Source of the DNA: an uncultured Deinococcaceae bacterium
GTDB taxonomy: Bacteria; Deinococcota; Deinococci; Deinococcales; Deinococcaceae
Reading direction: 5' to 3'
NCBI GenBank assembly: GCA_964252075.1
Contig: CAXULY010000002.1
Coordinates: 96,001 to 160,000 of the forward strand
Length of the DNA stretch: 64,000 nt
Shown: positions 29,094 through 38,780 of the stretch, in pieces
Layout: each line of letters starts with the position of its first letter
Position numbering within the stretch: the first letter of the stretch is position 1
Notes under the pieces: model-generated
Told to the model about the DNA's origin: nothing
The model's database searches: none
What the model saw: the letters and a program-made list of their open reading frames with translations, nothing else
Translations under genes and position numbers: made by a program

Positions 29094-29674
29094 TGGCGAA
29101 CTGGTGGAAGCACGAGAGCGCCATCGTGGACGAAGGCGCGCAGATCGGGGACGGCACGAAGGTGTGGCACTTCAGTCACGTGATGCCCGGCGCGGTGATC
29201 GGTGAGCGCTGCTCGCTCGGGCAGAACGTCTTCGTGGCGAACCACGTCCGCATCGGGAACGGCGTGAAGATCCAGAACAACGTGAGCGTGTACGAGGGCG
29301 TGACGCTGGAGGACTTCGTGTTCTGCGGGCCCAGCATGGTGTTCACGAACGTCCGCACGCCCCGCAGTGAATTCCCGCGCAACACCAGCGGGGACTACAC
29401 GCCGACCGTCGTGAAGCGCGGCGCGAGCATCGGCGCGAACGCCACCATCGTCACGGGCGTCACCCTGCACGAGGGCGCCTTCGTGGCGGCCGGAGCGGTC
29501 GTCACGCGCGACGTGCCCGCGTACTGCGTGGTGGCGGGCGTGCCCGCGCGCGTGGTGGGCTTCATGGGCGCCAGCGGCGACCCCCTCGACTTCAGCGAGG
29601 CTGACACCGTCACGGACAGCGTCGGCCACACCTACCAGCGATTCGGCGAGCACGACGTCCGGAGGCTCTCATGA
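29093..29674 (+). CDS. wbpD: Hexapeptide-repeat N-acetyltransferase (WbpD-like)
   Basis: [28 protein letters not shown]. Confidence 0.9.
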   Translation: MANWWKHESAIVDEGAQIGDGTKVWHFSHVMPGAVIGERCSLGQNVFVANHVRIGNGVKIQNNVSVYEGVTLEDFVFCGPSMVFTNVRTPRSEFPRNTSGDYTPTVVKRGASIGANATIVTGVTLHEGAFVAAGAVVTRDVPAYCVVAGVPARVVGFMGASGDPLDFSEADTVTDSVGHTYQRFGEHDVRRLS

Positions 29675-30780
29675 CCAGCACGACCGCCCCCCTCCCCATC
29701 CTCGACCTGAGCCCCGAAATTGACGCGCTGTGGGGTGAACTGAACGCCGCCATGCAGCGCGTCGTGCGCTCCGGGCAGTTCATCATGGGGCCCGACGTGG
29801 CCGCCTTCGAGCGCGAGGTCGCCGCGCACCTCGGCGTCACGCACGCCGTCGGCCTGAACAGCGGCACGGACGCCCTCGTGATCGGCCTGCGCGCGCTCGG
29901 CATCGGCGCGGGCGATGAGGTCATCACGACGCCCTTCACCTTCTTCGCGACCGGGGAGAGCATCAGCGCGGTGGGCGCCACCCCGGTGTTCGTGGACATC
30001 GACCCCGTCACCTTCAACATGGATCCGGCGGGCCTCGCGGCGGCCGTCACGCCCCGCACGCGCGCCATCATGCCCGTGCACCTGTACGGCCAGCCGTGCG
30101 CGATGGACGCCATCCTGGCGTTCGCGCGGGCGCACGACCTGTTCGTGATTGAGGACTGCGCGCAGTCCTTCGGCGCGCGGTACCGCGGGCGGCACACCGG
30201 CACGCTCGGGCACATCGGCGCGTACTCGTTCTTCCCCAGCAAGAACCTCGGGGCGTTCGGGGACGGCGGCCTGCTCGTCACGGACGACGACGCCGTCGCG
30301 GACGCCGCGCGCATGCTGCGCAGCCACGGCGCGCGCCGGAAGTACCACAACGAGGTGCTGGGCTACAACAGCCGCCTGGACACCATCCAGGCCGCCATCC
30401 TGCGCGTGAAGCTCCCGCACGTGGAGCGCTGGAACGAGGCGCGCCGCGCGGTCGCCGCAACGTACAACAGCCTGTTGGCGGGCGCGCCCGGCATCGTCAC
30501 GCCGCAGGTGACGGACGGGCACGTCTTCCACCAGTACACGGTCCGCCTTCAGGGCGTGGACCGCGACGACGTGCAGCGGCGCCTGGAAGCGCAGGGCATC
30601 GGCACGATGGTGTACTACCCGGTGCCGCAGGACCAGCTGCCCGTGTACGCCGGTCAGGCCGAACCGCTGCCACACAGCGCCCAGGCCGCCCGGCAGGTGC
30701 TGAGCCTCCCCATGTGGCCGGGCCTGCCCGCTCACGCCATCGAGCGCTGCGCGCGCGCCCTGCTCGACCTCACGCGATGA
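29671..30780 (+). CDS. wbpE: DegT/DnrJ aminotransferase (WbpE-like)
   Basis: [39 protein letters not shown]. Confidence 0.85.
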   Translation: MTSTTAPLPILDLSPEIDALWGELNAAMQRVVRSGQFIMGPDVAAFEREVAAHLGVTHAVGLNSGTDALVIGLRALGIGAGDEVITTPFTFFATGESISAVGATPVFVDIDPVTFNMDPAGLAAAVTPRTRAIMPVHLYGQPCAMDAILAFARAHDLFVIEDCAQSFGARYRGRHTGTLGHIGAYSFFPSKNLGAFGDGGLLVTDDDAVADAARMLRSHGARRKYHNEVLGYNSRLDTIQAAILRVKLPHVERWNEARRAVAATYNSLLAGAPGIVTPQVTDGHVFHQYTVRLQGVDRDDVQRRLEAQGIGTMVYYPVPQDQLPVYAGQAEPLPHSAQAARQVLSLPMWPGLPAHAIERCARALLDLTR

Positions 30781-32027
30781 CGGGCGAACCGCGCGCGGCC
30801 CACGCGCTCGAGGGGCGCGGGGCGGTCAGGCAGGCCCTCACGGGCACGCTGCTCGCGCAGGGCGCGGCGCTGCTCGCCACGCCGCTCCTCACGCGGCTGT
30901 ACGGGCCCGCGGCGGTCGGCACGTACGTCGCGGCGCTGTCCGCATGCCTGATCGTGTCGAGCGTCGCGACGCTGCGGCTGGACCTCGCGGTGCAGCGCGC
31001 GCAGGCGCGGCAGGTGCCGGCCGCGGCGGGCGCGGCGCTCGCGTGCGCGCTGCTGCTGGCGCTCCTGATGGGCGTGGCGGGCGCACTCCTGCAACCGCTC
31101 GCGCCGCAGGTGCCCGGCCTGGGCGCGCTGGCCTTCGCGTACGGCGTGGTGATGGGCGCGCAGCAGGTCGTGACGGCGCTGCTGCTGCGCGGGGAGCGGC
31201 ACGCGGCGCTCAGCACGAACCGCGCCGCGACGAACGCCCTGATCGTGCTGCTGCAGCTCGGCGCGGCGACCCTCGGCGCGACCGCGACGACGCTGCTGCT
31301 GTGCGACGTGCTGGGGCGCCTGCTCGCCACGCTGGGCGCGCTGCCCGCCGTGCGGCAGGTGCTGCCGCGCGTGGCGCTCGGCGCGCGCGCGGTGCTCGAC
31401 ACCCTGCGGCGTGAGCGGGGCCTCGTGCGCTTCGCGACGCCCGCGGCGCTCCTGAACAACGCGAGCGTGTACGCCCTGCCCGTCGCGCTGGCCCTGAAGT
31501 ACCCAGCGGCGCTGGTCGGGCAGGTCGCCATGACGCAGAAGCTGGTGGGCCTGCCGCTCGCGGTGGTGGGTCAGGCGCTCGCGCAGGTGTACGTGGCGGG
31601 CGCCATCCGCAACCTCAGCGCGGGCGGCGACGCGCGCGCCGCGCACCTGCGGACCTTCACGCGCCTGCTGGGCGGCATGGCACTCGCGCTGCTGGCGTTC
31701 GTGCCGCTCGCGCCGTGGGCCTTCCGGGCGCTGCTCGGCCCCGAGTGGGCGGCGTCCGGCGTGTACTACCAGCTGCTCGCCGTGTCGTACGCCGCGCAGT
31801 TCGTCGCGAACCCCGTGTCGCAGACGCTGAACCTGCACGGCGCGGAGCGCTGGCAGTGGTGGTGGGACGCCGCGCGCTTCGCGTCGGTGGCGCTCGTGCT
31901 GCTCGGCGGCCCCGCGCTGGGCCTGGACCTCCCGGCGGTGCTCGTCGTGTACGCGGGCGTCATGACGCTCGCGTACCTCAGCCTGCTGCTGCTCAGCGCG
32001 CGCGCCGTACGCCTGGGGGTCGCGTGA
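30777..32027 (+). CDS. wzx: Wzx-type flippase
   Basis: GTLLAQ...PLLTRLYGP N-terminal motif, multi-TM, LLGPEW. Confidence 0.8.
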   Translation: MTGEPRAAHALEGRGAVRQALTGTLLAQGAALLATPLLTRLYGPAAVGTYVAALSACLIVSSVATLRLDLAVQRAQARQVPAAAGAALACALLLALLMGVAGALLQPLAPQVPGLGALAFAYGVVMGAQQVVTALLLRGERHAALSTNRAATNALIVLLQLGAATLGATATTLLLCDVLGRLLATLGALPAVRQVLPRVALGARAVLDTLRRERGLVRFATPAALLNNASVYALPVALALKYPAALVGQVAMTQKLVGLPLAVVGQALAQVYVAGAIRNLSAGGDARAAHLRTFTRLLGGMALALLAFVPLAPWAFRALLGPEWAASGVYYQLLAVSYAAQFVANPVSQTLNLHGAERWQWWWDAARFASVALVLLGGPALGLDLPAVLVVYAGVMTLAYLSLLLLSARAVRLGVA

Positions 32028-33232
32028 CGCTCGCCGCGCGGGTGAACCCGGTGCCCGCCACGGATCAGGTGATCGCGGGCAGCCTCGTGGTGCTGCAGAT
32101 CCTGTTCTTCTTCGACTCCAGCGCGCTGCTGCCTTTCCTGACGGACGACGTGAAGAACGTCATCACCTTCGCGCTCCTCGCGCTGATCGGGGCGCTGTGC
32201 CTGCTGAAACTGCAGGGCCGCGCGCTCGTGGGCTGGAACGCGCGCCTCACGCCGCTGCTGCTGTTCGTGCTGGCGTACACCGCCAGCCTGCTGTACCAGC
32301 CGGACCCCGGCCTCGGCGCGTACTACGCGGGCAAGATCAGCAAGATGCTGCTCATCACGCTCCCCACCGTGCTCGCCGTGAATGTCGTGCGCTGGACGCC
32401 GCCGCTGCTGGCGTTCACCGTGCGGCTGCTGGGCGCGGCGCTGCTGGTCGTGACCCTGGACGGCGCGTACCAGCTGTGGCGCGGCGGGCCGTTCGTGTCG
32501 CGCGACGCGTCCTTCGGCATTGACCCCATCAGCCTGGGGCGCTCGGCGGGCTTCTGCGTGCTGCTGGCGTTCCTGAGTTTCAGCGCGGGCGCGCGCAGCT
32601 GGCGCTCGCGCGCGTTCACGGCGGTGATGCTGGTCGTGGGCCTCGCGGTGCTGTTCGCCTCGGGCTCGCGCGGACCGCTGATCGCGCTGGGCGCGGCGCT
32701 GCTCGTGGTGTTCCTCGGGGCGCGCTCCGTCGCGCGGCGCCTGCGGATCATCGTGGTGACGCTCGTCGCGGTGCTGCTGGGCGGGGTGGGCATCACGACG
32801 CTCAGCGCGCAGGGCGTGGCGTCCAGCGCGCGCGTGCTGGCGTTTTTGCAGGGCGACGTGAACGTGGACCGCAGCGCCGAGACGCGCAGCTTCGTGTACG
32901 AGGACGCGCTCGCCTGGATTCCGCAGCACCTGCTGGGGTCCGGGCAGGGCGCGGCGGCGGTGTACCTGCCGTCCGGCCTGCGCTACCCGCACAACCTGCT
33001 GCTGGAGGTGCAGCTGGAGGGCGGCGTGGTGTGCGCGCTGCTGCTCATCGCGGCGGTCGCGGTGGCGTTCGTGCCCCGGCGCGGCGCGCGCGCCCCGGCG
33101 CGCATTCCGGTGCTGGCGAGCCTGACCTTCTTGCTGATGAACAGCATGTTCAGCGGGGACGTGTCCTCGAACCGCCTGCTGTTCCTGCTGCTCGCGCTCG
33201 CGAGCGTGCCGGGCGCCGTGGAGGACGCGTGA
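32024..33232 (+). CDS. wzy: Wzy-type polymerase (Wzy_C family)
   Basis: Multi-TM, SGSRG, YPHNLLLE motif, follows wzx. Confidence 0.7.
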   Translation: MTLAARVNPVPATDQVIAGSLVVLQILFFFDSSALLPFLTDDVKNVITFALLALIGALCLLKLQGRALVGWNARLTPLLLFVLAYTASLLYQPDPGLGAYYAGKISKMLLITLPTVLAVNVVRWTPPLLAFTVRLLGAALLVVTLDGAYQLWRGGPFVSRDASFGIDPISLGRSAGFCVLLAFLSFSAGARSWRSRAFTAVMLVVGLAVLFASGSRGPLIALGAALLVVFLGARSVARRLRIIVVTLVAVLLGGVGITTLSAQGVASSARVLAFLQGDVNVDRSAETRSFVYEDALAWIPQHLLGSGQGAAAVYLPSGLRYPHNLLLEVQLEGGVVCALLLIAAVAVAFVPRRGARAPARIPVLASLTFLLMNSMFSGDVSSNRLLFLLLALASVPGAVEDA

Positions 33233-34338
33233 CGCGGCGCGTGTGCAGCATCACGCACCTGGATCTGCGCCGCGAGAACGGCCCGACGCTGCACGTGCGC
33301 GGCATCGTGGACGGCCTGCGCCGCAGCGGCCTGGAGGTGGACGTGATCGCGACGGGCGAGTCGAGGGGCGATTGGGTGAGCCTTGGACCACAGCCACAGG
33401 GGATCCTCAGTCACCTGCGCTTCCAGCTGCGCGTGCTGCGCGCGCTCGCGGCGCGGCGCGGCGCCTACGACTGGCTGTACGTGCGCGCGGGGTCCGTGAT
33501 GCTCACGCCGCTGTACGCGCTCGCGGCGCGCGCGCCCGTCGCGCTGGAGATCAACGGCATCCCGCACCTTGAATCGGAGTTCCCCGGGGCGCTGCGGGCG
33601 GTCATCCGGCGGCTGTTCACGTGGCAGGTGCGGGGCGCGCGCGTGTGCTTCGCCGTGACGCCCGAACTGCGGGACCTCGCGGCGCGGCTGGGGCAGCGCC
33701 GCGCGCACGCCATCCCGAACGGCGTGGACCGCCGCACGCTGTGCGCGGCGGCCACGCGCGCGGCGCGCCCCGAGCGCCCACCCCGGCGGCTGGTGTTCGT
33801 GGGGGCGCTCCAGCCGTGGCAGGGCGTGCACCTCGCGGTGGAGGCCGTGCATGACCTGCGCCGGGCGGGGCTCGACGTGCGCCTGGACGTGTACGGGGAC
33901 GGCGTGGAGCGCGCGGCGCTCGCCGCGCAGATCGAGCGGCTGGGCCTCGCGGCGCACGTGCACCTGCACGGGCACGTGGACCGGGACACCATTTACGCGG
34001 CGTTGCGCGGCGCGGACGTGGCGGTCGCGCCGTTCATTCCGGACGCGCGCAACCAAGCGGTCGGGGGCCTGTCGCCGCTGAAGGTGTACGAGTACCTGGC
34101 GTTCGACCTGCCCGTCGTGACGACCCCGCTGATGTCCGACGCGGAACTGCTGGCCGCCCTGCCGGACGAGGTGCGCATCGTGGAGGCGGACGCCTCGGCG
34201 CTCGCGTGGGCGCTGCGGCGCGTGCTGGGTGAGGCGCGCGAGGCGGGCCGCGCGGGCGCGTGGATCGCGCGGCACCGCACGTGGGACGCCGCCGCGGAAC
34301 GCACGGCGGCCCTCATGAACGACGAAAGGAGCTTATGA
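33229..34338 (+). CDS. GT4 glycosyltransferase
   Basis: IPNGVD, FVGALQPWQG, SPLKVYEYLA. Confidence 0.85.
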   Translation: MTRRVCSITHLDLRRENGPTLHVRGIVDGLRRSGLEVDVIATGESRGDWVSLGPQPQGILSHLRFQLRVLRALAARRGAYDWLYVRAGSVMLTPLYALAARAPVALEINGIPHLESEFPGALRAVIRRLFTWQVRGARVCFAVTPELRDLAARLGQRRAHAIPNGVDRRTLCAAATRAARPERPPRRLVFVGALQPWQGVHLAVEAVHDLRRAGLDVRLDVYGDGVERAALAAQIERLGLAAHVHLHGHVDRDTIYAALRGADVAVAPFIPDARNQAVGGLSPLKVYEYLAFDLPVVTTPLMSDAELLAALPDEVRIVEADASALAWALRRVLGEAREAGRAGAWIARHRTWDAAAERTAALMNDERSL

Positions 34339-35357
34339 CGACCCCTGAACTGTCCGTGGTGATCGGCGTGCGCAACGGCGCGCGGCACATCTGGGATTGC
34401 CTGACCCGCATCTACGCGCAGGGCCTCGCGCCGGACGCCTTCGAGGTGATCGTCGCGGATGGCCGCTCGGAGGACGGCACGCGCGACCTCATCCAGCGCT
34501 TCGTGGACCACCACCGCGTCACGAACCTGCGCGTGATCGACAACCCGCGCCGCACGCTGGCCGCCGCCTTCAACGAGGCGATTCCGCAGTTGCGCGGGAC
34601 CTTCATGGCGAAGGTGGACGCGCAGTCGCGCCTCTCGGACGGGTACTTCACGGCGCTCATGGACGCCCTGGCGCGCCACCCTGAGGTCGCGGTGGCGGGG
34701 GGGCGGTTCGCGCCGCGCGGGGACGGTCCCGTCGCGCGCGCGTGGGCGTCGGTGTTCGCCGATCCGTTCCTGGTGGGGCCCGCCGCGTACCGGTACGTGG
34801 ACCGCGAGCAGTACATGGACACCGTGTACCTCGGGGTGTACCGCACGGCGGTGGTGCGGCAGGTGGGGGCCTTCGACGAGTCGCTGCTGCGCTCCGAGGA
34901 CACGGACTTCAACCACCGCATCCGGCAGCTGGGGCACCGCTTCCTGCTGGTGCCGTCCGTGCACGCGGAGTACGCGGTGCGCCAGACGTACCGCGCGGCG
35001 TGGGCGCAGTTCTACGGGTACGCGTACTACCGCTTCGCCTTCGTGCACAAGCACCACCTGCCGCTCACGGTGCGGCAGGCCGGGCCGCTCGCGGTGACGG
35101 CCCTGGCGCTGCTGGCGCTGGCGTGCGCGCCGCGCTCACTGCCGCTGGTGATGGCGGGCGCGGCGCTGTACGCGCTGTTCTACGGGGTGCGGGCGCTGAA
35201 GCGCACGCCGGGGCCGCTGGCGTTCCGGCTGCGCGCGTGGCTGGTGTACCCGGTGGTGCACCTCGCGTACGTGAGCGGAACGCTCGCGTACCTGGTGGGC
35301 CGTTACGGCAGGTCCGGGCGGAGGGAGGCGGCGTCCGGGGCGGCGGGCAGCACCTGA
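34335..35357 (+). CDS. GT2 glycosyltransferase (ExoA-like)
   Basis: EVIVADGRSEDGT, VGAFDE...SEDTDFN.RIR, C-terminal TMs. Confidence 0.85.
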   Translation: MTTPELSVVIGVRNGARHIWDCLTRIYAQGLAPDAFEVIVADGRSEDGTRDLIQRFVDHHRVTNLRVIDNPRRTLAAAFNEAIPQLRGTFMAKVDAQSRLSDGYFTALMDALARHPEVAVAGGRFAPRGDGPVARAWASVFADPFLVGPAAYRYVDREQYMDTVYLGVYRTAVVRQVGAFDESLLRSEDTDFNHRIRQLGHRFLLVPSVHAEYAVRQTYRAAWAQFYGYAYYRFAFVHKHHLPLTVRQAGPLAVTALALLALACAPRSLPLVMAGAALYALFYGVRALKRTPGPLAFRLRAWLVYPVVHLAYVSGTLAYLVGRYGRSGRREAASGAAGST

Positions 35358-36631
35358 CGCGCGGCGTGCCGCGCGTCAGCGCGCTCAGGCTGGGGGCGGC
35401 GCGCGGCCGCCCCCAGCGCCATGAGGGCGAGCGCCACGGTGGCCGTGCCGGGAATGGCGGTGAGGTGCGCGTCGTACACGCCCGCGAACAGCAGCGCGGG
35501 CAGCGCGCCCCAGCAGATCAGCGCAGCGGTCCCGCCGGAGCGCGTGAGGGGCAGGAGCAGCAGCGCCAGGAACGCGAGCAGCCCGACCGCGCCGAGCTCC
35601 GAGGCGACCTGCAGCGCGTCATTGTGCGCATAGTTCACGCTCTTGGCGTCCATGCGCGCGCCCACCTGCCGTTCCGGCGCGCGGTACAGGGCGGACTCCG
35701 TGGCGAACTGCCCGACGCCCGCGCCCGTGAGGGGGTGATCGGCCCACATGTCGCGGCCGTAGCGCCAGACCGCCTCGCGCTCGCGCAGGAACGCCGTCCA
35801 GTTGCGGCTGATGCCGATGCTGCGCTGGTGCTCCGCGAAGGCGCGCTGCCCGGCGGGCGTGAGGAAGAACGCCGCGCCGCCCAGCACCGCGAGCGCCGCG
35901 AGTCCCGTGAGGGCCGCGCCGACCTTCGGCCATTTCGTCCACACCCACACCAGGGCGGGCAGGGCGGTGGCGAGCAGCACGGCGGGGATGCTGCTGCTGT
36001 CCGTGCGGAAGTTCAGGGCGTGCAGTGCGATCAGCAGCGCCACGAGCGCCAGCGTGTGCAGGTGCGGGCGGGTGAAGAGCAGGAGGCCGGAGGTGATGGC
36101 CGCGACGGGAATCAGGAAGCCGCTGAAGTGGCTGGGGTTGAAGTACGGTCCGGTGACGAGGGTCAGCCCCACGCCGGGATAATGCGTGAAGCCCGGCATG
36201 AACACGCCGCGCGTCTGCAGGGCGGCCAGCAGAAGGGCCCCCGCGCCCGTCGCGACCAGCACCGCCAGGGCCGTGAGCTGACGCCGCGACGTGCGGCACA
36301 GCAGGTGCAGGCTGATGGCGGTGCCGAGCACCGCGGTCCAGCTGCCCGCCCAGCGCAGCGCCGCGACCGTGTACGGCGCCCAGCTGACGCTCGCCCAGAC
36401 CCACGCGAGGAGACTCAGCGCGGCGAGCAGCCACAGGGGGTGCGGGATGTGGGCGCGGCCGCGCACGCCCAGCGCGAGGAGCGTCGCGGCGAGCGTCAGG
36501 GCCCCGAGCAGCGTGAGGCCCGCCTGCCCCCATCCGAAGGCGCTGCCCTGCGCGAGCGGCCCCCACGCCAGCGTGAGGCAGGCGGCGGTGAGCGCGAGGA
36601 CCTCCAGGGCGTCCGCGGCGCGCGCCCTCAT
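35303..36631 (-). CDS. O-antigen ligase / O-oligosaccharyltransferase family protein
   Basis: Multi-TM, GPYFNPSHF, REAVW...HPLTGAGVGQF, YAHNDALQVASELG. Confidence 0.8.
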   Translation of the reverse strand: MRARAADALEVLALTAACLTLAWGPLAQGSAFGWGQAGLTLLGALTLAATLLALGVRGRAHIPHPLWLLAALSLLAWVWASVSWAPYTVAALRWAGSWTAVLGTAISLHLLCRTSRRQLTALAVLVATGAGALLLAALQTRGVFMPGFTHYPGVGLTLVTGPYFNPSHFSGFLIPVAAITSGLLLFTRPHLHTLALVALLIALHALNFRTDSSSIPAVLLATALPALVWVWTKWPKVGAALTGLAALAVLGGAAFFLTPAGQRAFAEHQRSIGISRNWTAFLREREAVWRYGRDMWADHPLTGAGVGQFATESALYRAPERQVGARMDAKSVNYAHNDALQVASELGAVGLLAFLALLLLPLTRSGGTAALICWGALPALLFAGVYDAHLTAIPGTATVALALMALGAAARRPQPERADARHAARQVLPAAPDAASLRPDLP

Positions 36632-37191
36632 GGGGTGCCCGCCAGTCTGTCGTGCGCCCAGCGGCACTCGCTCACCTCGTCGGTCGCCCAGCAGCGCGCG
36701 TAGGCGTTCAGGGCGGCTTCGGGCTGCCGCGCGGCTTCCAGTTCGCGGCCCAGCTCCAGCCAGTACCCGGCGTTGTTCGGGTCGAGGCGCAGCGCCGCGC
36801 GCAGCCACGCCACCGCCTGCGCGTGGCGCAGCTTGTAGCCGTACATGCGGGCGTGTTCGTACGCGGGCGTCGCCCAGTGCGGGCTGAGGCGCGCGGCGGT
36901 GTTGAAGGCGCCGTCCGCCTCGCGCTGCAGGGCGGGCGTGTCGCGGTACAGCCACAGGGTGCGGGCGCGCTGCGCGCGCGCCAGCCACGCTGGCGCGTCC
37001 CCACCGTTCACGGTGGTGGCGCGCCGGGCGAGGTTCAGCGCCGCGTCGAAGTCAAAGTGGTCCTGCGCCCGCTGGCTGGCGGCGGTCAGGCGCTGGGCGC
37101 GCAGGTCGCGGGCGGTGTGCGTCACGAGCGCGCCCAGCGGCAGCAGCGCGAGCGCCGCAACCCACCACGGGAGGGGCACGTCGCGCGTCAC
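36628..37191 (-). CDS. Membrane-anchored TPR protein
   Basis: N-terminal hydrophobic helix; AARLSP and ALRLDPNNAGYWLELG TPR motifs; overlaps both neighbours by 4 bp. Confidence 0.75.
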   Translation of the reverse strand: MTRDVPLPWWVAALALLPLGALVTHTARDLRAQRLTAASQRAQDHFDFDAALNLARRATTVNGGDAPAWLARAQRARTLWLYRDTPALQREADGAFNTAARLSPHWATPAYEHARMYGYKLRHAQAVAWLRAALRLDPNNAGYWLELGRELEAARQPEAALNAYARCWATDEVSECRWAHDRLAGTP

Positions 37192-38135
37192 CGCGCGACG
37201 GCCTGCGCCTGGAACCACGCGAGCGTCTCGCGCAGGCCCGCGGCGAGCGCGGTGGGTTCCCCGAAGTGCTGCCGGTACCGGCCCGCGTCCAGCACGGAGC
37301 GCTGCACGTCCCCCGTGCGCGGCGCGGCGCGGTACACCGGCACCTGGCGCCCGGCGGCCTGCATGACGGCGCGCGCGAGCTGCACGGTGGTGGTGCCCGC
37401 GCCCGTCCCGATGTGCAGGTGTGGTTCCGGCACGTCGCCCAGGCACGCGGCGAGGTTCGCGCGCGCGACGTCCGTGACGAACACGTAATCGCGCACGCAG
37501 CCCTCGTCACCTTCCTCGTGCATGGCGTTCACCTGCAGCGGCAGGCCCGCCAGGACCCGCTGCGTGAAGATGGCCACCACGCCCGCCTCGCCGTGCGGAC
37601 TCTGGCGCGGGCCGTACACGTTCGCGTAGCGCAGGGACGTGCACGCCAGTCCGGCGGTCGCCTGCGCGGCCTGCAGGTAGCACTCCGCGCTGAACTTGCT
37701 GACCGCGTAGGGGCTGATGGGGTGCGCGGGCCAGTCCTCGCCCGCGGCCTGCCCCTCGGGGATGTCGCCGCAGATGGCGCCGCCCGTGGAGGCGTACACC
37801 ACGCGCCGCACCCCGTGGGTGCGCGCGGCGTCCAGCAGGTGCAGCGTGCCGAGGATGTTCACGTGCGCGTCGTGCAGCGGGTCGCGCACGCTGACCGTGA
37901 CGCTCGCCTGCGCCGCCTGGTGGTTGATGACGTCCGGCCTGAAGGTTCCGGTGGCGTTCAGGACGGCGTCGCGGTCGCGCAGGTCCGCCGTGAAGACCGT
38001 GACGCCGGCGGGCACGTGGTCGCGGCGCCCGGTGGAGAAGTTGTCGAGGACCGCGACCTGATGACCCGAGGCGAGCGCGTGGTGGACGACGTGGCTGCCG
38101 ATGAAACCGGCACCGCCCGTGACGAGGATGCGCAT
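37188..38135 (-). CDS. NAD-dependent UDP-sugar 4-epimerase (GalE-like)
   Basis: ILVTGGAGFIGSH, YAVSK, LRYANVYGPRQ...GEAGV. Confidence 0.9.
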   Translation of the reverse strand: MRILVTGGAGFIGSHVVHHALASGHQVAVLDNFSTGRRDHVPAGVTVFTADLRDRDAVLNATGTFRPDVINHQAAQASVTVSVRDPLHDAHVNILGTLHLLDAARTHGVRRVVYASTGGAICGDIPEGQAAGEDWPAHPISPYAVSKFSAECYLQAAQATAGLACTSLRYANVYGPRQSPHGEAGVVAIFTQRVLAGLPLQVNAMHEEGDEGCVRDYVFVTDVARANLAACLGDVPEPHLHIGTGAGTTTVQLARAVMQAAGRQVPVYRAAPRTGDVQRSVLDAGRYRQHFGEPTALAAGLRETLAWFQAQAVAR

Positions 38136-38205
38136 GGTGGACCTCCGGAGGTGTAGGGGATGACGGCGCCACCTATTGGGTGGCGCTGGGGCGGAGATGC
38201 GGCGG

Positions 38206-38649
38206 TCAGGCGCCGGTGGGGGTGACGGCCGTCTGGGCGCGCTGCACGGCGTTGTTCGCCGCGCCGGGGTTGTTGATGAAGGCGCTGAGGGAGGCGAGGT
38301 CGGTGACCGCCAGGGTGGGGTTCGCCTGCAGGAAGGCCGCCACCTGGGCGTCCGTGATGGCCTTGCCGGTGACGGACTCCAGCACCGCGCGCGTCGCGAG
38401 GAGCGCGGGCACGGGTTTGTTCGCGGTGGACCGCAGCTCCATCATGACGGCGGGGGACAGGCGAAGCTGCTTCGCGAAGTCCGCCATCTGCAGGCGGCCC
38501 GCCATGGTGAGGGCGCGGGGGTCGAGGGTGACGGCGCGCGCTTTGGCGAGCGCAACGATCAGGTCGGTGCCGGTGAGGGTGGGTTGCGCGGCCGCGGCGG
38601 TCATCAGCAGGGCAGCTGACACGGCCAGCGCGGTCATCTTTATCTTCAT
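38206..38649 (-). CDS. Small secreted protein ending VTPTGA, paralog B
   Basis: Signal peptide ending AAA-Q; first gene of the epimerase-TPR-ligase run. Confidence 0.85.
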   Translation of the reverse strand: MKIKMTALAVSAALLMTAAAAQPTLTGTDLIVALAKARAVTLDPRALTMAGRLQMADFAKQLRLSPAVMMELRSTANKPVPALLATRAVLESVTGKAITDAQVAAFLQANPTLAVTDLASLSAFINNPGAANNAVQRAQTAVTPTGA

Positions 38650-38780
38650 CACGCTCTTCCTTTCCTTCTCATTGAAGGTACCAGAGGGGCGCGCCCGCCC
38701 GCTGCGAAAAAATCGGCCTTCAACGCGCGTCAGTGCGAAAATATATGGGCTGCCGCGCGGGGGGTACCTATAGTGACCGG

